Part shown: positions 42,200 through 55,240 of the stretch, piece after piece
Position numbering within the stretch: the stretch's first letter is position 1
Layout: each line of letters begins with the position of its first letter
Assembly: GCA_001643675.2 (NCBI GenBank)
Contig: LSRY02000037.1
Coordinates: forward strand, 310,001-374,000
DNA length: 64,000 bases
From: Monocercomonoides exilis PA203
Taxonomy: Eukaryota; Protista; Preaxostyla
Direction of reading: 5' to 3'
The notes under the pieces: model-generated
What the model was told of the DNA's origin: nothing
The model's input: only the letters and a program-made list of their open reading frames with translations
Databases searched by the model: none
Program-made: the position numbers and the translations under genes

Positions 42200-43240
42200 C
42201 ATGCTCACTTTGGTTTCAGTCTTCTCATCTTTTAATAACATCGATTATTGCTGGATCTGTTTTCCATATACCGCAATGCATCATCCGATGCCAAACACCC
42301 ACCACATTCTCCTTTCTCTTTTCTTCTCTTTCCTTACAAACAGCCTCTCCCCAATGAACTTGATGCTCATCGTCCCATCCGGCTGTATCATCCCTTCTTC
42401 AACAGGCTTCCCCACAATCCGCTCCCGCTCTGCAACAGCTCCACCAGCACCCCTGTCACAGTCATCGTAACCAGATAGTCCCGCAAGCTTCCATTCGAAC
42501 TTTCATCGGTCAACCTCAAAAACCTTTCGTGCAGCGATTCCCTATCCAAAAAATACCCCTCTTCTTATTCCTCTTCTTCCTCGTTCTTCAATCACTTCTT
42601 CTTCTTTTTCTTTGTCACCTTCATCATCACGGTCATCATCCTCTTCCTCTTCCTCTTCCTTCTCCAAATCTATCGAACTTCCTTCTCTCCCTGACTCCTC
42701 ATTTGTTTCCAAATCATTCGTTGAAATTTCTGCCTGTTTCTCATCTTTCTCCGCTCTATCTGAACTTCCATCTGAAGTTTTGTCCTACGACCCATCTGCA
42801 GCTTCTGCTGCTCTCCTGTTCTCCTGTTGGATACCATTGGATGACGAAGAACCGCACACTTCTGGTTCCACTGAATGCTGCTTGTCTGCCTCTGCTTTGG
42901 TTTCTGCCTTCACAAACCTCAGCCGATTCAGCCCAAGCGCCTCCACAACCAGCAGAGCTATCTTTTCTTCCAGCTTCCTTAAGTTCTCTTTGATTCTCTC
43001 CACAAACTCTCTGTACGCTGTCGGATGCCCGCATTTCTCCTTATTCACATCACATCCCTCTCTCCTTCTATCTTCTTCTTCCTCTTTTCGCTCCTCCAGC
43101 ACCGCAAGTGTAATTTCTGCCGGCTTCAGAACCACATCCTCCATCCTCAGCCCTACTGCCGACAGCCCCTTCTCCACAATCTCCCCCAATTCACACTCTG
43201 CAACATCTCACCCCATAACATAGCCTTGAAGCTTCACCAC
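42200..43240 (-). pseudogene. Decayed gene fragment (weak resemblance to the Pus7/TruD C-terminal region)
   Basis: Long coding-like stretch VVKLQGYVMG*DVAECELGEIVEKGL…ARKVFEVDR*KFEWKLAGLSGYDD… with several internal stops. The family assignment is only a guess. Confidence 0.35.
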
Positions 43241-44099
43241 TAAATATTTTAAACTGAGACGATCGAAGAATGCAGCAGTGATCAGTTAAATTCATCAGAA
43301 GATCTATGGAATTGTGTTCACAACGGATTAATATCTGATTCCGAAATTCTTTCACATAGACAATAATAACAAAAGTGCCTGTATAACGGGGTGAACTGAA
43401 AACATCGCAGAAAGCTCCATATTGGAGGAGCACATAACACCTCCATCCACCACCGACCGCTGCTCCAAAACATTTTTATCAGAGACTACTGTGAATTTCC
43501 ATGTTCATGTTCTTTTTCAAAAGAAACCAAAATAGAAATTAACGTAGTTTTCTTCATTCATTCAGATTAACAAATATGGGTGTTTTTTTTTGATATCATA
43601 AAAAAAGATCAAAAATTGAAAAAATAAAATCTATTGTGGTATTTATTGATCAAATAACAAGAATTGATTTTACATGAGTATTGAGCATGTATTGACAAAA
43701 CATTTATTTGTTTTATTTATTTAAACAAAAATTCATACCTTTTTTTTATTTTTGGTTAAAAAGTATTTTTTGATCATGTTTAATAAAAATAAACCAAAAA
43801 ATAAATGAATAAAACTTCAGAAAAAAATAAAAGTTTCAACACAAACTTAACAATACCGACAATTGGAAAATAAAAACAAAATACATTGGAAAAGTTTTAA
43901 ATTTGAAAAAAAAATACTTTTTTTTTGTCTTTCAAAAAATGACAACAGTTTATCATCTTTAATTTCTTTGGCTTTTTTATCACAAAATCATCATTCCAGT
44001 CTCGTGATTGAGTGACTGGATGGAATTATGGAAAAGAAAATATTGTCAAGAATAACAGTTGATTCAAATTCTTCTATTTCTCTCTCTTCTCCTGATCTT

Positions 44100-47000
44100 A
44101 TCACTTATAGACTTCTCTCCATCCTCATTGTTCTTCGTACAAAATTCTCCATTATTGTTTCCTTGAAATTCTAATTCAACATACTCACTCTATCGCTCCT
44201 TGATCACCAAAGGAATTCATTTCATTCATCTCTGCAGATTCCATCACATTCTTCTCTATCTGCTCTGTGTTGTCGCAAAATTCCAACACCATAAAGCTTT
44301 CCAAAATCTCTTCCATTGTGTCTGTCCAGGCAGCGCAGAAAGCTGTGCTTGCAAGAGATCTTTGCAATGGTGCCTGTAAACAGGATGAGCTGGTCATTCG
44401 CATCAAATTTCTCACCCGTTGCACACGACCCGCTATTCCAAATCGAGTTCTTATTCAGAGCATATAACAGGCTCGTGACCATATCCCGCGCCCCATATGA
44501 AAAAAACAGCGAGCATTCGATGTTCACAGACGGAATCTTCTTCTGCTACTCCTACTCTTGCTGCTGCTGCCTCTGGAACAAATTCATAACGTGCTGAGGG
44601 TTAGATGAAGGCCTTGGTGATGGTGAGCACAGAAAGCTGTCACGATGAGCACACGAAGAATTCTGTACATGTTGTGAGTATTGGATGACGTTAAGCTCCT
44701 CCATTTCCTCGTCTGCTCCTTCACTCCCATCAAACCTCCTTTGGCCCACAAACACTGCTAGCGCACCTTCCTCTCCTTCTCTTCCCGGATAGTCGACTCT
44801 TTGCCCCTTTTCCTTCTTCTTCTTCAACAGAAGCAATTATGATTGGCAGATCTCGTCAGTTTCTTCTTTTTCGTTCTTTTAAAATTGAACCAACTTCAGC
44901 TGAATATGTTTTGAGATTGTTCAAGAAGGAAGATCCATCTGTTTCATCTGAATTTGCAGCAATCGATGTGCCACTTCCATCGCTCTCAACCCTGTTCCTA
45001 TTCTTCCCATGCCACCCAATGTTGATGTCAATCTGCCAAATATCAAATCATTCCCTCCTTCTTCACCTCCATCTCTTCTGTTCGAAAGAAGGCTATTGCC
45101 CATCTTCTCCAGCTCTCCCATGTCGCCTCTATAGCCAGCTGTTCAGCAATACATCTTTCTTCCTTTTTCAGTTCGTATTCTACAAGATTTGCTATCTTCT
45201 CGCACCAATAAGCAAGCTTACTGTGTGAATTCTCCAGTGCTGCTGCAAGCTTCATACACTTCTTCCACGTTCAATATCTCTCTTTCTGTCGCTCCTTCCA
45301 CCTCCTTTTTCTTTTCTTCTTCTTCCTCTTATCAAACATTGATTCAGACTCATTTATGTATATTCATTGCCCCTATTCTCCACAGCTTTGAAATTATTTG
45401 CCCCTCTTCGAGTTGTGTTTTCTTTACTCTGTCTTTAACAACGACAGTCGAATCGTGTATCAATTTGAAGTATTGTGTTCTAATCACCTTTTTGGCAACT
45501 TCATCTTCTTTAAGCAAGACGTGTAAAACATGAGACAAAGAAGACGAAAGAGTTATCAATTGAGTAGACGGTGCAGGTGCATGTGATGCTGAAGATATTG
45601 TTTGGCGAATTTGAGTGGACGCGACATGGAGGATGATTGCGGTTATTTTGATTCCGATGATAGGGGATGAACAGAAGAGTCTTGAAGAGGTGGTGAAAGT
45701 GCTTCTGTCAACAGAGCAAACAAAAAAGCTGTCGCTGGCGAGTTTGAAAAGAGAGTTCTTCCATCGATTCCCCATAAATTCTGCAATGCCTTAAATATCA
45801 GATGCAGTAAAAAGCTCAAGGAGAGCAGAAGGTGGGAGCAAAGTTGGTTAAGAAAGTGCGCAGGAAAAATGATTGATAATTCCAACTCAGTTGGCTCGTT
45901 CTAACAAAAGCTTGAGTTAATACGTTTGCGTTTTCAAATTATTTCAAGCATTTGTTCTGTGTTGATTCAAATTCCGCTATCGAGATAAGAAAAATACCAA
46001 ATATAAATGAAATTGTCTATAGATCTGAAAATGTGCATTTCGGTGTGAAATATGATGCTCGAAGCAGCTTATGAACAATACGTGCGCGAAAAAACTCCCA
46101 ACTGTTGTTTTTATCATATCTGTTTCTGCCTCGTTTTTGTTGAAAATTTTCCCTCTCCCGCATTGGCGTCAGTGCCCTTCTGCATTCCAGCTTTCCTCTC
46201 TTCTCTCGATGAGATTTCTCAACCCCTTTCACTAGCTCAGGCATTGTTGAAAAACAACCATGAACCCATCACTTCTTCCTGTCTGCTCTCCGCTCATTCT
46301 CTCTGTCCAACGCTCCTGGCCTTCTCCTCCGCTCTTCCATCCATCTGATGCCCCAAGTCCAATCTTCGGCTCCTCCCAAAGCCACTTGCCAACGATGTAG
46401 GCGACCCAAACAGAAACATAGAAACTGTGGCTGCAGATGGCTCCGAAGTCGTGATAAATGAAAGACTTGACCCCTTCTCGTTGCTTGCTTTGTGCCGTAC
46501 TGGAGGCGGACGGAATCGATTTGGATAAAGCTCATCACGTTCTGGTTACCATGGAAGTGTTGCGAACAGCGGCTCCCCTAATCCGTCTACTGCAGATCCA
46601 TTTTGGGCTTCAGCTTCTCCTTCAGTTTCTCTCGCTTTTCCTTAATTTTTCCTTTGTGCCATTCTTCCTGGTCCTTTTCCTGGTCTTTTTGCTGTATTTC
46701 CTTTTCCACTTATTTCTTGTTTCTGCACTGCCTCGATACACACTGCTCTTCATGCTCCATGCTCTCTCCAGCACCATTTTCTTTTTCATCTCCACTTCTG
46801 TCTTCTCCATCTTCATTTCAACTCTCATTTGCATCTTCGCTATCGCCAGTCCGCTCGTATCTCAAAATATGATGGCGGTGGTAGTAGTGTTGGTGGCGGA
46901 GGCTGTGGCAATGTTCATCGTCATCCACTTGCAACGCCTCCTCCTCTTCTCCTGGCTGCACAGAATCCATCAGCAACATCCGCTCCACCATCCGCTTAGG

Positions 47001-47402
47001 ATAAACACGGACAACACTGTCTGGCTGCGAATACAGAAACTTCATCTCCTTTCGGCTTCTCGCTGTAGTAGGTGCAGACGCCCTTCCTTCCGCACCTTCT
47101 CTAAACCTTCTCCCTCTTGGCGTCTCTCCCTCAAAATCCTCCCCAAACTCCTCATCTCTCCTTCCTCTTCCAATCTTTGTTCTTCCCTATGCCTCCTTTC
47201 CTTCTCCTCTCTCATCCTCTATCCTGTCGCAATTCTCGCTTCCTTCTCCCCTTTCTCCTTCTTCTCCTTCTTCTCTTCCATCGTCTGCTTCTTCCTCTGT
47301 TTCTGCTTCTGCTTCTGCTTCTGATCGTGTTCTCGTATGCTCTTCAACACACCACCCATCTCCTCTTCACACTCGTCCTTTCTGCCTTTACTCCAAATAG
47401 AA
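44100..47402 (-). pseudogene. Mosaic of decayed host gene fragments
   Basis: GC-richer, coding-like, purine-skewed sequence, mostly on the minus strand, broken into 60-150 aa pieces by stops and frameshifts. Confidence 0.45.
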
Positions 47403-50250
47403 CTCTCTCCTCGCTTCCTCTCTCCTCTGCCTCGCAAGCATCGTCTCGCTCATCTCCATCGCCCTTCTCTTCGCGTTCTTCTCTCCCATCTTTCGGTTCA
47501 GCTCCCGTCTTGTCTCCCGCGTCTTCACTGCCCCTTCCCTCCGCTCCCGCTCCTTCTCGTCCTCCCGCAGCATCACTGACACCTTGTACTCTTCCCCCAC
47601 AATCATCTTCTTCTGCACCGTCGTCACGCGCGAAAGCTTCGATTCCTTAAAGAACTTCCCCCACGGCTTCAGCAGTAGCAGCGTCGGCGGCACCCCTTCT
47701 GCTGCCCCAGTTGCCCGCACTGTCTTTCGTAGCTTATCAAACTCCCGCATCCGCGCCAGGTTCTGCCGCTGCTCCTGCATCTTCTGCTCAAACAGCCCAA
47801 TCGACTCCTGCACTTTGTACTTCCGCAATCTTCTTTATCATCATCTCCTAGATATGCTCTTTTCAGTAGTAGAATCGCAATCGACAGAATGCCACTGAAC
47901 TTCATCAGCTTCTCTTTCAGGTAGTTCCCCCCTGCTCCACCACGAAATACACCGCCGTCACAGACAGATCACATGACAGTACAACATTTGGCATCAACAT
48001 CACCTTCACAAAAAAATAGAGTAGGCAATATGATGTACGTCACAGCCTCCAGGTTCGCTGCTGCCGCACACGCTCCATAGATCTGGGAACAATGTCATAG
48101 ACCAGGTGCTACAGGGTGCAGTGCCTCTCCACATCCACGCCCCATCAGCGACCCTGTAGCAAGCGAAGGTATCATTGTACCTGCGGGAACAGCCTGCGAA
48201 ATTGACAGCTGTTAGGATTCATGCTTCGCAACCAGGCACGCGCACATACTCCGCTCCCAAATTCCACACGTCTGCAGCTCAACCTCAGTCGGCATATCTT
48301 CCTGCGGTGGTGCCTTCAGCTGCGCTGTGTCGTCTGTCCCAACGACTATCCCTGTAGAGAACACAAACGAAGAAGTCAAAGAAAAGGCGGAAGTGTGCGC
48401 AAATATTTCTATTCAGCGGGCTTCGATGAAGACCAAAAAAAAAAGAATATGCATAATTTCACATAAAAATCAAAAGAAAATAATAAAAAAAATATAGATA
48501 ATATATTAATTCATGCCTTAGAATGCTTCAGAGCCAACGTTTTGAATTGAAACAAATTGATCATCATCGATTCAATTTTCTTTCTTCGCTTCCTCTTTCT
48601 ATTCAGTTGAGTCACAATCATTAAACCCCAAGACAACCTCCCTGATCAACTTCCTTCCTTCATTCTTTTCCCTCCCTCCCTCTCATTCACTCTCTCATTC
48701 ACTCTCTCATTCACTCATTTTTCTAATTCTTCCCAATGAGCTCCGACAATTCTTTGCCTGTTAAAGCACTTGCAAAACGAACATTAAATCGATTCGTCAA
48801 GGCAGGCTGAAAGAATACAAAGTGGTAGAACATTCAATCAATGAGGGGGAAAAAGTGAGAAGGCAGAGAGAAGGAAGGATGATGGAGGAGCAATGATTGA
48901 TGGGAAGCATTTTGAATGCACTCTGATCGCATGCAGCAGCAGCAAATGAAAAGAATGGAGGCATCTCATCCGCCAGGCTGTTCAGTTCGAGATTGCAATT
49001 GAAGAGGTCGGCACGCAACAAAGAAGACACAGATATCCAGGAAAAGAAGAAGAGGAGGAATTGCAAGAGAAGATGCATTTGATGGCAAATGAATGTTTGG
49101 CAAACAGAAACACCAAATTATCAATGTCAAGCTTGTGGTTCGCTAAAATTACAAATTGTTTCAAGAGCAAAATCCGATTGAAGTTGGACAGAATGTTGTT
49201 CGACTGTTAACAAATATTTGAAAATTGGATGTCTCGTCGTTGGCGTTTCTCCTTTCTTTTGAAGAAATAGCGGAATCAGAATTAAAATTTCGTCGCTTTC
49301 CATTTCTGCCTGGAGCAGTCCGAGAAACAGGAAAACCTTATTAATAAAATTGATATTTTTGGGTTTTCCTTTTTTTCGTTGAATTCTTGCCTTTTTTGTT
49401 TTTTGTGAAAAATATCCTTCCCTTGATTTTGCCAGTCACTTTCCTTGCAAAAAAATACCCCAAACTGTTCTCCCTGAATTTAATTCCAAAATGCTGTATA
49501 ATTTTGTGCAGATTTTTGCCTTCACAGAATTCTATCCTTATATCGACATTCAATAAAACATCATTTGAATTGTTTTAATCTTTTGTTCCAATCAAAAATT
49601 ATAAAAATCATGAATCTTGCGTAACTTCATTTGTTTCCCAATTGCTATATAATAATATGTTCTATTCTCATCGTAATGCTCTCCAACGTGAAGATTTGCT
49701 ATTTGACAGACAAGAAAAGTTCCTTTTCTTTGAAAAGGAAGCAAACAGAGCAGTTTTCCAATATAATGAAAAAATTGTAATATTTCAATAAAAATTAAAT
49801 TATAAAAAGTATTAGCAAACCCGTTAAAAGTTGGAAAAGCAAGTGGTTTTGAAAAAATGAAAGAAACAAAACTCCGGCTTTAATCAGAACCATATCTTTT
49901 TGAATTTTTGAATATTTATTGAAAAAAAAACAAATATCAGAAAAATTTTGATTTTTTGTTTAATAGTTATGTATGTGATAAGAGTTAGAAAAATGTTTTT
50001 TTTGATTTTTAAAACGCTGTATTCGAAGAGCATCAGCTCTTTTTCTTTGTCCAAACAATGGCGATCACAAAATGACAGAATCTTCAGGGGTCTTTTTTTT
50101 GCATAAAATGATTGTTTTCACCATTTTAACTTCATCTATAGCCAAAAAACTGCATTCTTCTACCTGCAATTTTCGCCCTTTAACGCTTATTTTTTTGATC
50201 TTTTTGACCCCTTGGAAATTCGGATCATGGGTCAGATCCTTTTTTTCATT
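47403..50250. repeat. Left arm of the giant inverted repeat (2,848 bp)
   Basis: Reverse complement of 55241-58090, with mirrored ORF pairs throughout. The only differences noticed are two homopolymer-length changes (A10 vs T11 near 48425/57048; A4 vs T5 near 49042/56446). Confidence 0.97.
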
Positions 50251-50559
50251 GAAGAATGATATTTAATGTTATTTTTTAATATTTTTATATGAAAATATAA
50301 TTTGTCAAAAGAAATATTCATTTATGCGACGAATATTCAATAGACCTTCAATTTAAGAATTCTTAAATTTTTCAAATTTTTTTCTGATATGAAATTTTCA
50401 AAAAATTATTTTCTAATTCAAATCACGTTGAAAAAAATTTTTTTTCAATTTTGGAAATAGTCAAATAATGAAAAAATAACAAAACATATTTTTTTAAATA
50501 AAAAAAAATTATTTTAGAATAATTGTGATTTTCCATAAGAAAATATTTATTAGAGAAAA

Positions 50560-52867
50560 ATGTCCATTTCAAAACGCGAATCGACATTAAATTCTCGTTG
50601 CAATGTTCTATGGCAAGAAATAAAGAGAATCGGCGGAAATGACGTGGATTCGTTGCTTGCCTATTTGTTTTACACCTACAGGCAATCATCTTCAGTAATT
50701 AATGATTTACTGAAGTCTTTGAATGGTTTGGCTTTTTTTTTTTTTGTATTGTGTTAAAAATATTATTTTAACTCTCTGTTATTTTTTTTCTTTTTGATTT
50801 GTAAATTATTTATTTTTTTTGAAACAGAATATCACATAAAGCTGCTGGAAGACCTGTCTGTGGTGTACAACAACGCTCCGTTGCACACTCAGACAACAAT
50901 GCTGCAAGCGCTTTCCCGCAACACATCATTATCCGATTTACAGGACTATGGATATGATGTTTCGGAGGGAAAATTTATTTACGCGAAGCAAACGCTGAAG
51001 AAGAATCAAGGTTTTATCATTCCGCCTCAAAAGCCTCATCTTCCTTCTTGCAGAAGTGGTTTGAATTTATTAATATTTTTTCTGATTTATTTTCTTTGTT
51101 TATTTTAGGCTTAAATGAACAGGAATGGGAAAAGGGCAACAACTGGATGTTAGCCCATTCGACTGAAGCCTCAACTTCGCTTCAGTCAGCAAAGAAAAAG
51201 CAGCGAGCTGAGCCAGATTACGCCAGATTTATTGATGAAGATGCCTGGGAAAATGAAATTGTTACAGAAAACTCTTTTTCAAATAAAAAACAATCTTCTT
51301 CTTCTTCAACATCATCTCAACTCAATAAAAATTCAAAAACCATTTCAGAAAAAAATTCTCCTTCTTCAAATTCTTCTTCTTCTCAAGCTGTTGATGCCCC
51401 AATCAGTACTCCAATTCGGAGAGAAAGTGGACCAACAAAAAACCAAAATAAAAATTCAAATCACAAACGTCACTCTTCTCCATCTCCAATACCAATTCAC
51501 AATATATTCAAATCAAAAACTTCTTCTTCACAAATTTCAATTACAAAAAAATTGAAAGAAAAAATAAATTCTTCATCATTTCAAAATGATAATGTGTTTG
51601 TGAGTGAGCAATTAGTTGATTATGCCACTTCACCCACATTAATTCCACCTCAAGCATTTCAAACTCTCTTTTCTTCATTTTCTAAAAAGAATGACACTTC
51701 AACAGTTCAACAACAAAGCATTCAACCTTCAAATAATGAAATATCTATTCAAAACAATTCTTCAAAAAATATTTCAAAAAAGAATGCTAAAGAAAATTCA
51801 ACAAAAAATCATTCTCATTCTCAATCTTCTTCAAATTCATCAAATTCTTCAAATAAATCATCACAAATAGCAAAAGGATTGCCAAACTTAGGCAACACAT
51901 GCTATTTGGCTTCTCTTCTTCAATGCATGTCTTCTATCATCACGCAAAAACCATCTTTAATCAAAAAACAAACAGTTATGAAGAACATATCTTCGCGTGT
52001 AATAAGTGTTTGTCAACAACTGGTTAAAGATGGAATGGCAGTGCGTTCTTGGATCCCATCGCTTATCAACAAATGGGAAAACTTTTGTGGATATGGCAGC
52101 AGACAGCAACAGAATGTGATAGAAGCATTTGAAAATCTTCATCAACTTCTTCAAATTAATAAGATATTTGAAAAGGACACTTTCAATCCTGTTTTAATCA
52201 CTCATTTCAAATGCCAAAAATGCCAAAAAATTTCATCACGTTTCAATGAAGCCTGCAGTAATGTTATCATAAATTCATCATCACCTCATAAAGGTCTGTC
52301 TTCTATCTTTTCAACTGAGATATTGAACGGAAAAAATGCTGTCTATTGTGATGCATGCAAGGAAAAATGCTGTGCTGCGAGATGGGAGGAAATGGCTGCA
52401 TTTCCAGAGGTGCTAGCCCTCTGTCATGAATGCACTGATGCTGCTAGTTCTGCTCCTTCTAGAACTATACTAATAGAAACAGATCGTGTATACCAGCGCA
52501 CTTTCTGCAAAGGGTTTTCTTCTAAAGATATTCAACATCTTCAAAAAGATAATAAAGAAACCATCATTTATCATCTAGTTGGGCAAATACTATTCAAACG
52601 TCTGGATCAAAGAAATGGACATTTCATTGCTATTGTTCAAAGGAAGACAAGAAGTGATGTATTGTGGAATATTTGCAATGATGAAAGTGTTTCTGAATTT
52701 GATAAAGATAATTGGAATTCATCATGGAAAGATATTTACGCTCAGGGTTACGCTCCTTCTCTTTCTTTCTACACAAAAGAAAGAACAAAACCAACACTAT
52801 CTTCTATTCAATTTGGTGGTTTTTCTTCTTCTTCAGAAACATCAAATTTAAACACTTTAAACAACAT

Positions 52868-52939
<72 letters not shown>

Positions 52940-54353
52940 GATAACAACAACTTTAACTTTAACATCAACAATATCTTCGTCATCCACATTCATCACTCCA
53001 CCTCATCGAACAACTTCTATTCCTTTACTCTCGTCGTCTATTTCAACAAGTTATGGATTGGAAGCTTTGAAAGAAAGAAGAAAGAAAATGGGCATCTTTT
53101 CTCCCAATGAAAAGAGATTAATCTTCAAACCCAAAACAAAATTGTGGAAAGAGTTTTCAGAAGAAACAAATATCAAAGTTTCTTTGTCTCACTTCTACAA
53201 ACTCACTTCCAACTTCTCAAAAGCGAAAAGACGTACAGATCTTTGTGGAATGTGTGAGAAGTTGAACTATTTGGAGAATAAACTCAAATCTTCACAAAAC
53301 AAAAATGGTCTTTCTTCTGCCGAGTTTCACACTCTGAAACTTCTTCGACAACACCGACTTGTTGCAGAAATGCAACGAAAACATTATCAATCAACTGTTG
53401 ATAATCTGAAAGAGGGAGAAGCAGTCTTCGTCTTCGACTTTAAAGAAAAATGGAAACTCCCGATCAGAAAGAACCAACTTCAACAAGAATTCTTTAATTA
53501 TCAACAGGTTTCTCAATTCACAATCATCTCTCTTCAAAAAATTAATAACCAAAAAATAAAACGAACTTTCAACTTCTTCTCCGACTGCCTCTCAAATGAT
53601 CACAGATTTGTTATTGAGTGTCTGGAATCTGTGATCAAAAGACGCTTCTTCTCAGACACTCACACTTTTAAGTTCTTCTGCGATTCGGGTCCACACAACC
53701 GAAATCGCTTCCTTCTTCACTTCATCCTTTCCAAACAATCAAAACTCCTAAAAAAGAAAAATACACAACTCAATTTCTTCGCTGAGCATCATGGAAAAAA
53801 CATTTGTGATAGTGAATTTGGTGCGTTAGTGAATGCAATCGACAACAATCTTTCGACAGAACACATCGCCACACTTCATGATTTGATCAACTTCTTCGAA
53901 AACAATATGAACACTTCGACATCAGCTTCTTCAACTTTTCAATCTAACATTTTCTCAACATCATCATCAAACTCTTCACCATCTTCGACATCTGTCAATA
54001 ACTTTGAGCATGAGAGGTACTTTGAAGAATATGTACCATCTCAACAAATCTCATGGCCTTCACTGTCCGTTCCCCACATGAAGGACTACTTGTATTTTGA
54101 GCGCAAGGGCTCATTTGTCTGTGCTTCAGCTGTTGGATATCTTCCTCAACGCTCTCTGGTTGCACTCGAATCTTCGACGATGAAAGAAAAAGTCCAAAGA
54201 TCAAGGAAGTCATTTCACTCTGATATCACATCATCTAACTCTTCTCTTCTTTCTCAATCTTCTCAAGATCTTCTTTCAAGGAGATTTGAGCTTCTTCTTG
54301 ACTCTTCTTCTATTTGTGAATCTCAAAATTGTTCTTTTGGTGTCCCCTATTAA
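50560..54353 (+). CDS. USP (peptidase C19) deubiquitinase-DDD transposase fusion, 1213 aa, Sola-like
   Basis: Exons 50560-50725, 50828-51058 and 51109-54353 join in frame (3642 nt). USP part: Cys box GLPNLGNTCY (Cys codon 51900), QQQNVIEAF, CxxC/CxxC Zn finger, His box NGHFIA…WNICNDE (His 52620, Asp 52680). Transposase part: SLSHFYKL…DLCGMCE, VFDFKE (D 53436), FCDSGPHNRN (D 53682), FFAEHHGKNICDSEFG (D 53808). Confidence 0.9.
52869..52940 (+). repeat. (TCA)23-TCG poly-Ser linker between the USP and transposase domains
   Basis: In-frame trinucleotide repeat encoding 24 Ser. Confidence 0.95.
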
Positions 54354-54357
54354 GAAA

Positions 54358-54514
54358 CTAGATGTTGTGCATGCTTAGCTGGCACTCTATCGGAAGGGTG
54401 CTGGACATGACTGTTCGTATTAGATATTGCAGCCTTCGGGCTGCTTTATCCGGACCTGGATACGACGAACAGCCTCCCAGGTGCATAACAGTTAGAATCC
54501 GATTGTTTTCTTGT
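54358..54514 (+). ncRNA. Structured RNA element just 3' of the transposase stop (HDV-like ribozyme candidate or unknown scaffold)
   Basis: About 52% GC over 54361-54490 in AT-rich surroundings. Nested stems: TGTTGTGCA/TGCATAACA, CTGGCACTCT/AGGGTGCTGG, CTGTTCGT/ACGAACAG and GCAGCC-TTCG-GGCTGC. The G-U pairs and UUCG loop favour the plus strand. Confidence 0.65.
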
Positions 54515-55240
54515 GCTTTTTGTCCCTGTAATGTCCCTATAATTAAATTGGTTATTGTCCCGCTTATATATGTATTTATCGAGATTCATTAATGGAGAGA
54601 GTTATGAGGGAATTCATTGATCTTTGGGTGATGTTTTTGGAAGGGAGAGTTGATGAGAGTGTGAAATGTTGTTTTATCATTGTGTCTGTCTTTTTTCTTT
54701 GTTGGATTTGATCTTTTTGAGTCAAAGTGAGAGGAATATTAGAAAGAGGAGAATGGATGGAAAACAGAGGGAAAATAGACAAGTTAGTTTGTAAACTTTT
54801 AATATAAGTATCCTTTTTTGTTAGGAATTGTATTTGATGCCATGAATTTGTTGAAATAGTACTGTTTTTTCTCATATCTTATATTGTTCAAAATTGTTGA
54901 CATTTAGTTGATATTTGGTGAATGTCTTATGAATATGTGATCGAATTATGTTTTATTGAAAATGATTGAATCTGATTTGAAAATTTCTGATTGTTTTCAA
55001 TTTTTATTATGATTAATATCATGAAGTACTTTTTGTTTTTTTATGTCATTTTGATTGGAAAACGATTGTTATTTTTTAACGTATTTTTTCTCATTTCACT
55101 GATTTTCTATGAAATCTCAATACGATAGAAATTTAATGTTTGAAAACATTTAATGAAAGAGTTACAACAAAATCATCGATGGATGTGAATTAAGAACCAT
55201 TTTATCGTGAAATCTTTTCAAAAAAATTTTCAAAAGTTTG

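Noticed and set aside
46458-47324. 288-aa hydrophobic plus-strand ORF as a membrane protein
   Set aside because: The F/L/S richness is the antisense reading of a purine-rich minus-strand coding fragment.
48680-48720. 12-bp tandem repeat (TCTCATTCACTC)x3 as a CRISPR-like or telomeric array
   Set aside because: No spacers; a simple minisatellite that is merely duplicated in both arms.
52712-53110. Poly-Ile, poly-Met and poly-Asp ORFs
   Set aside because: Alternative frames of the (TCA)n repeat.
53100-54353. Fanzor/TnpB or IscB identity for the C-terminal domain, suggested by the downstream RNA
   Set aside because: No RuvC-I DPG, RuvC-III RDxNA or HNH motif. The residues fit a DDD transposase.
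54400-54475. SECIS element, hammerhead ribozyme or TPP riboswitch
   Set aside because: ATGA is present but has no matching GA quartet partner; there is no CUGANGA/GAAA core; TPP consensus blocks are not in the right order.
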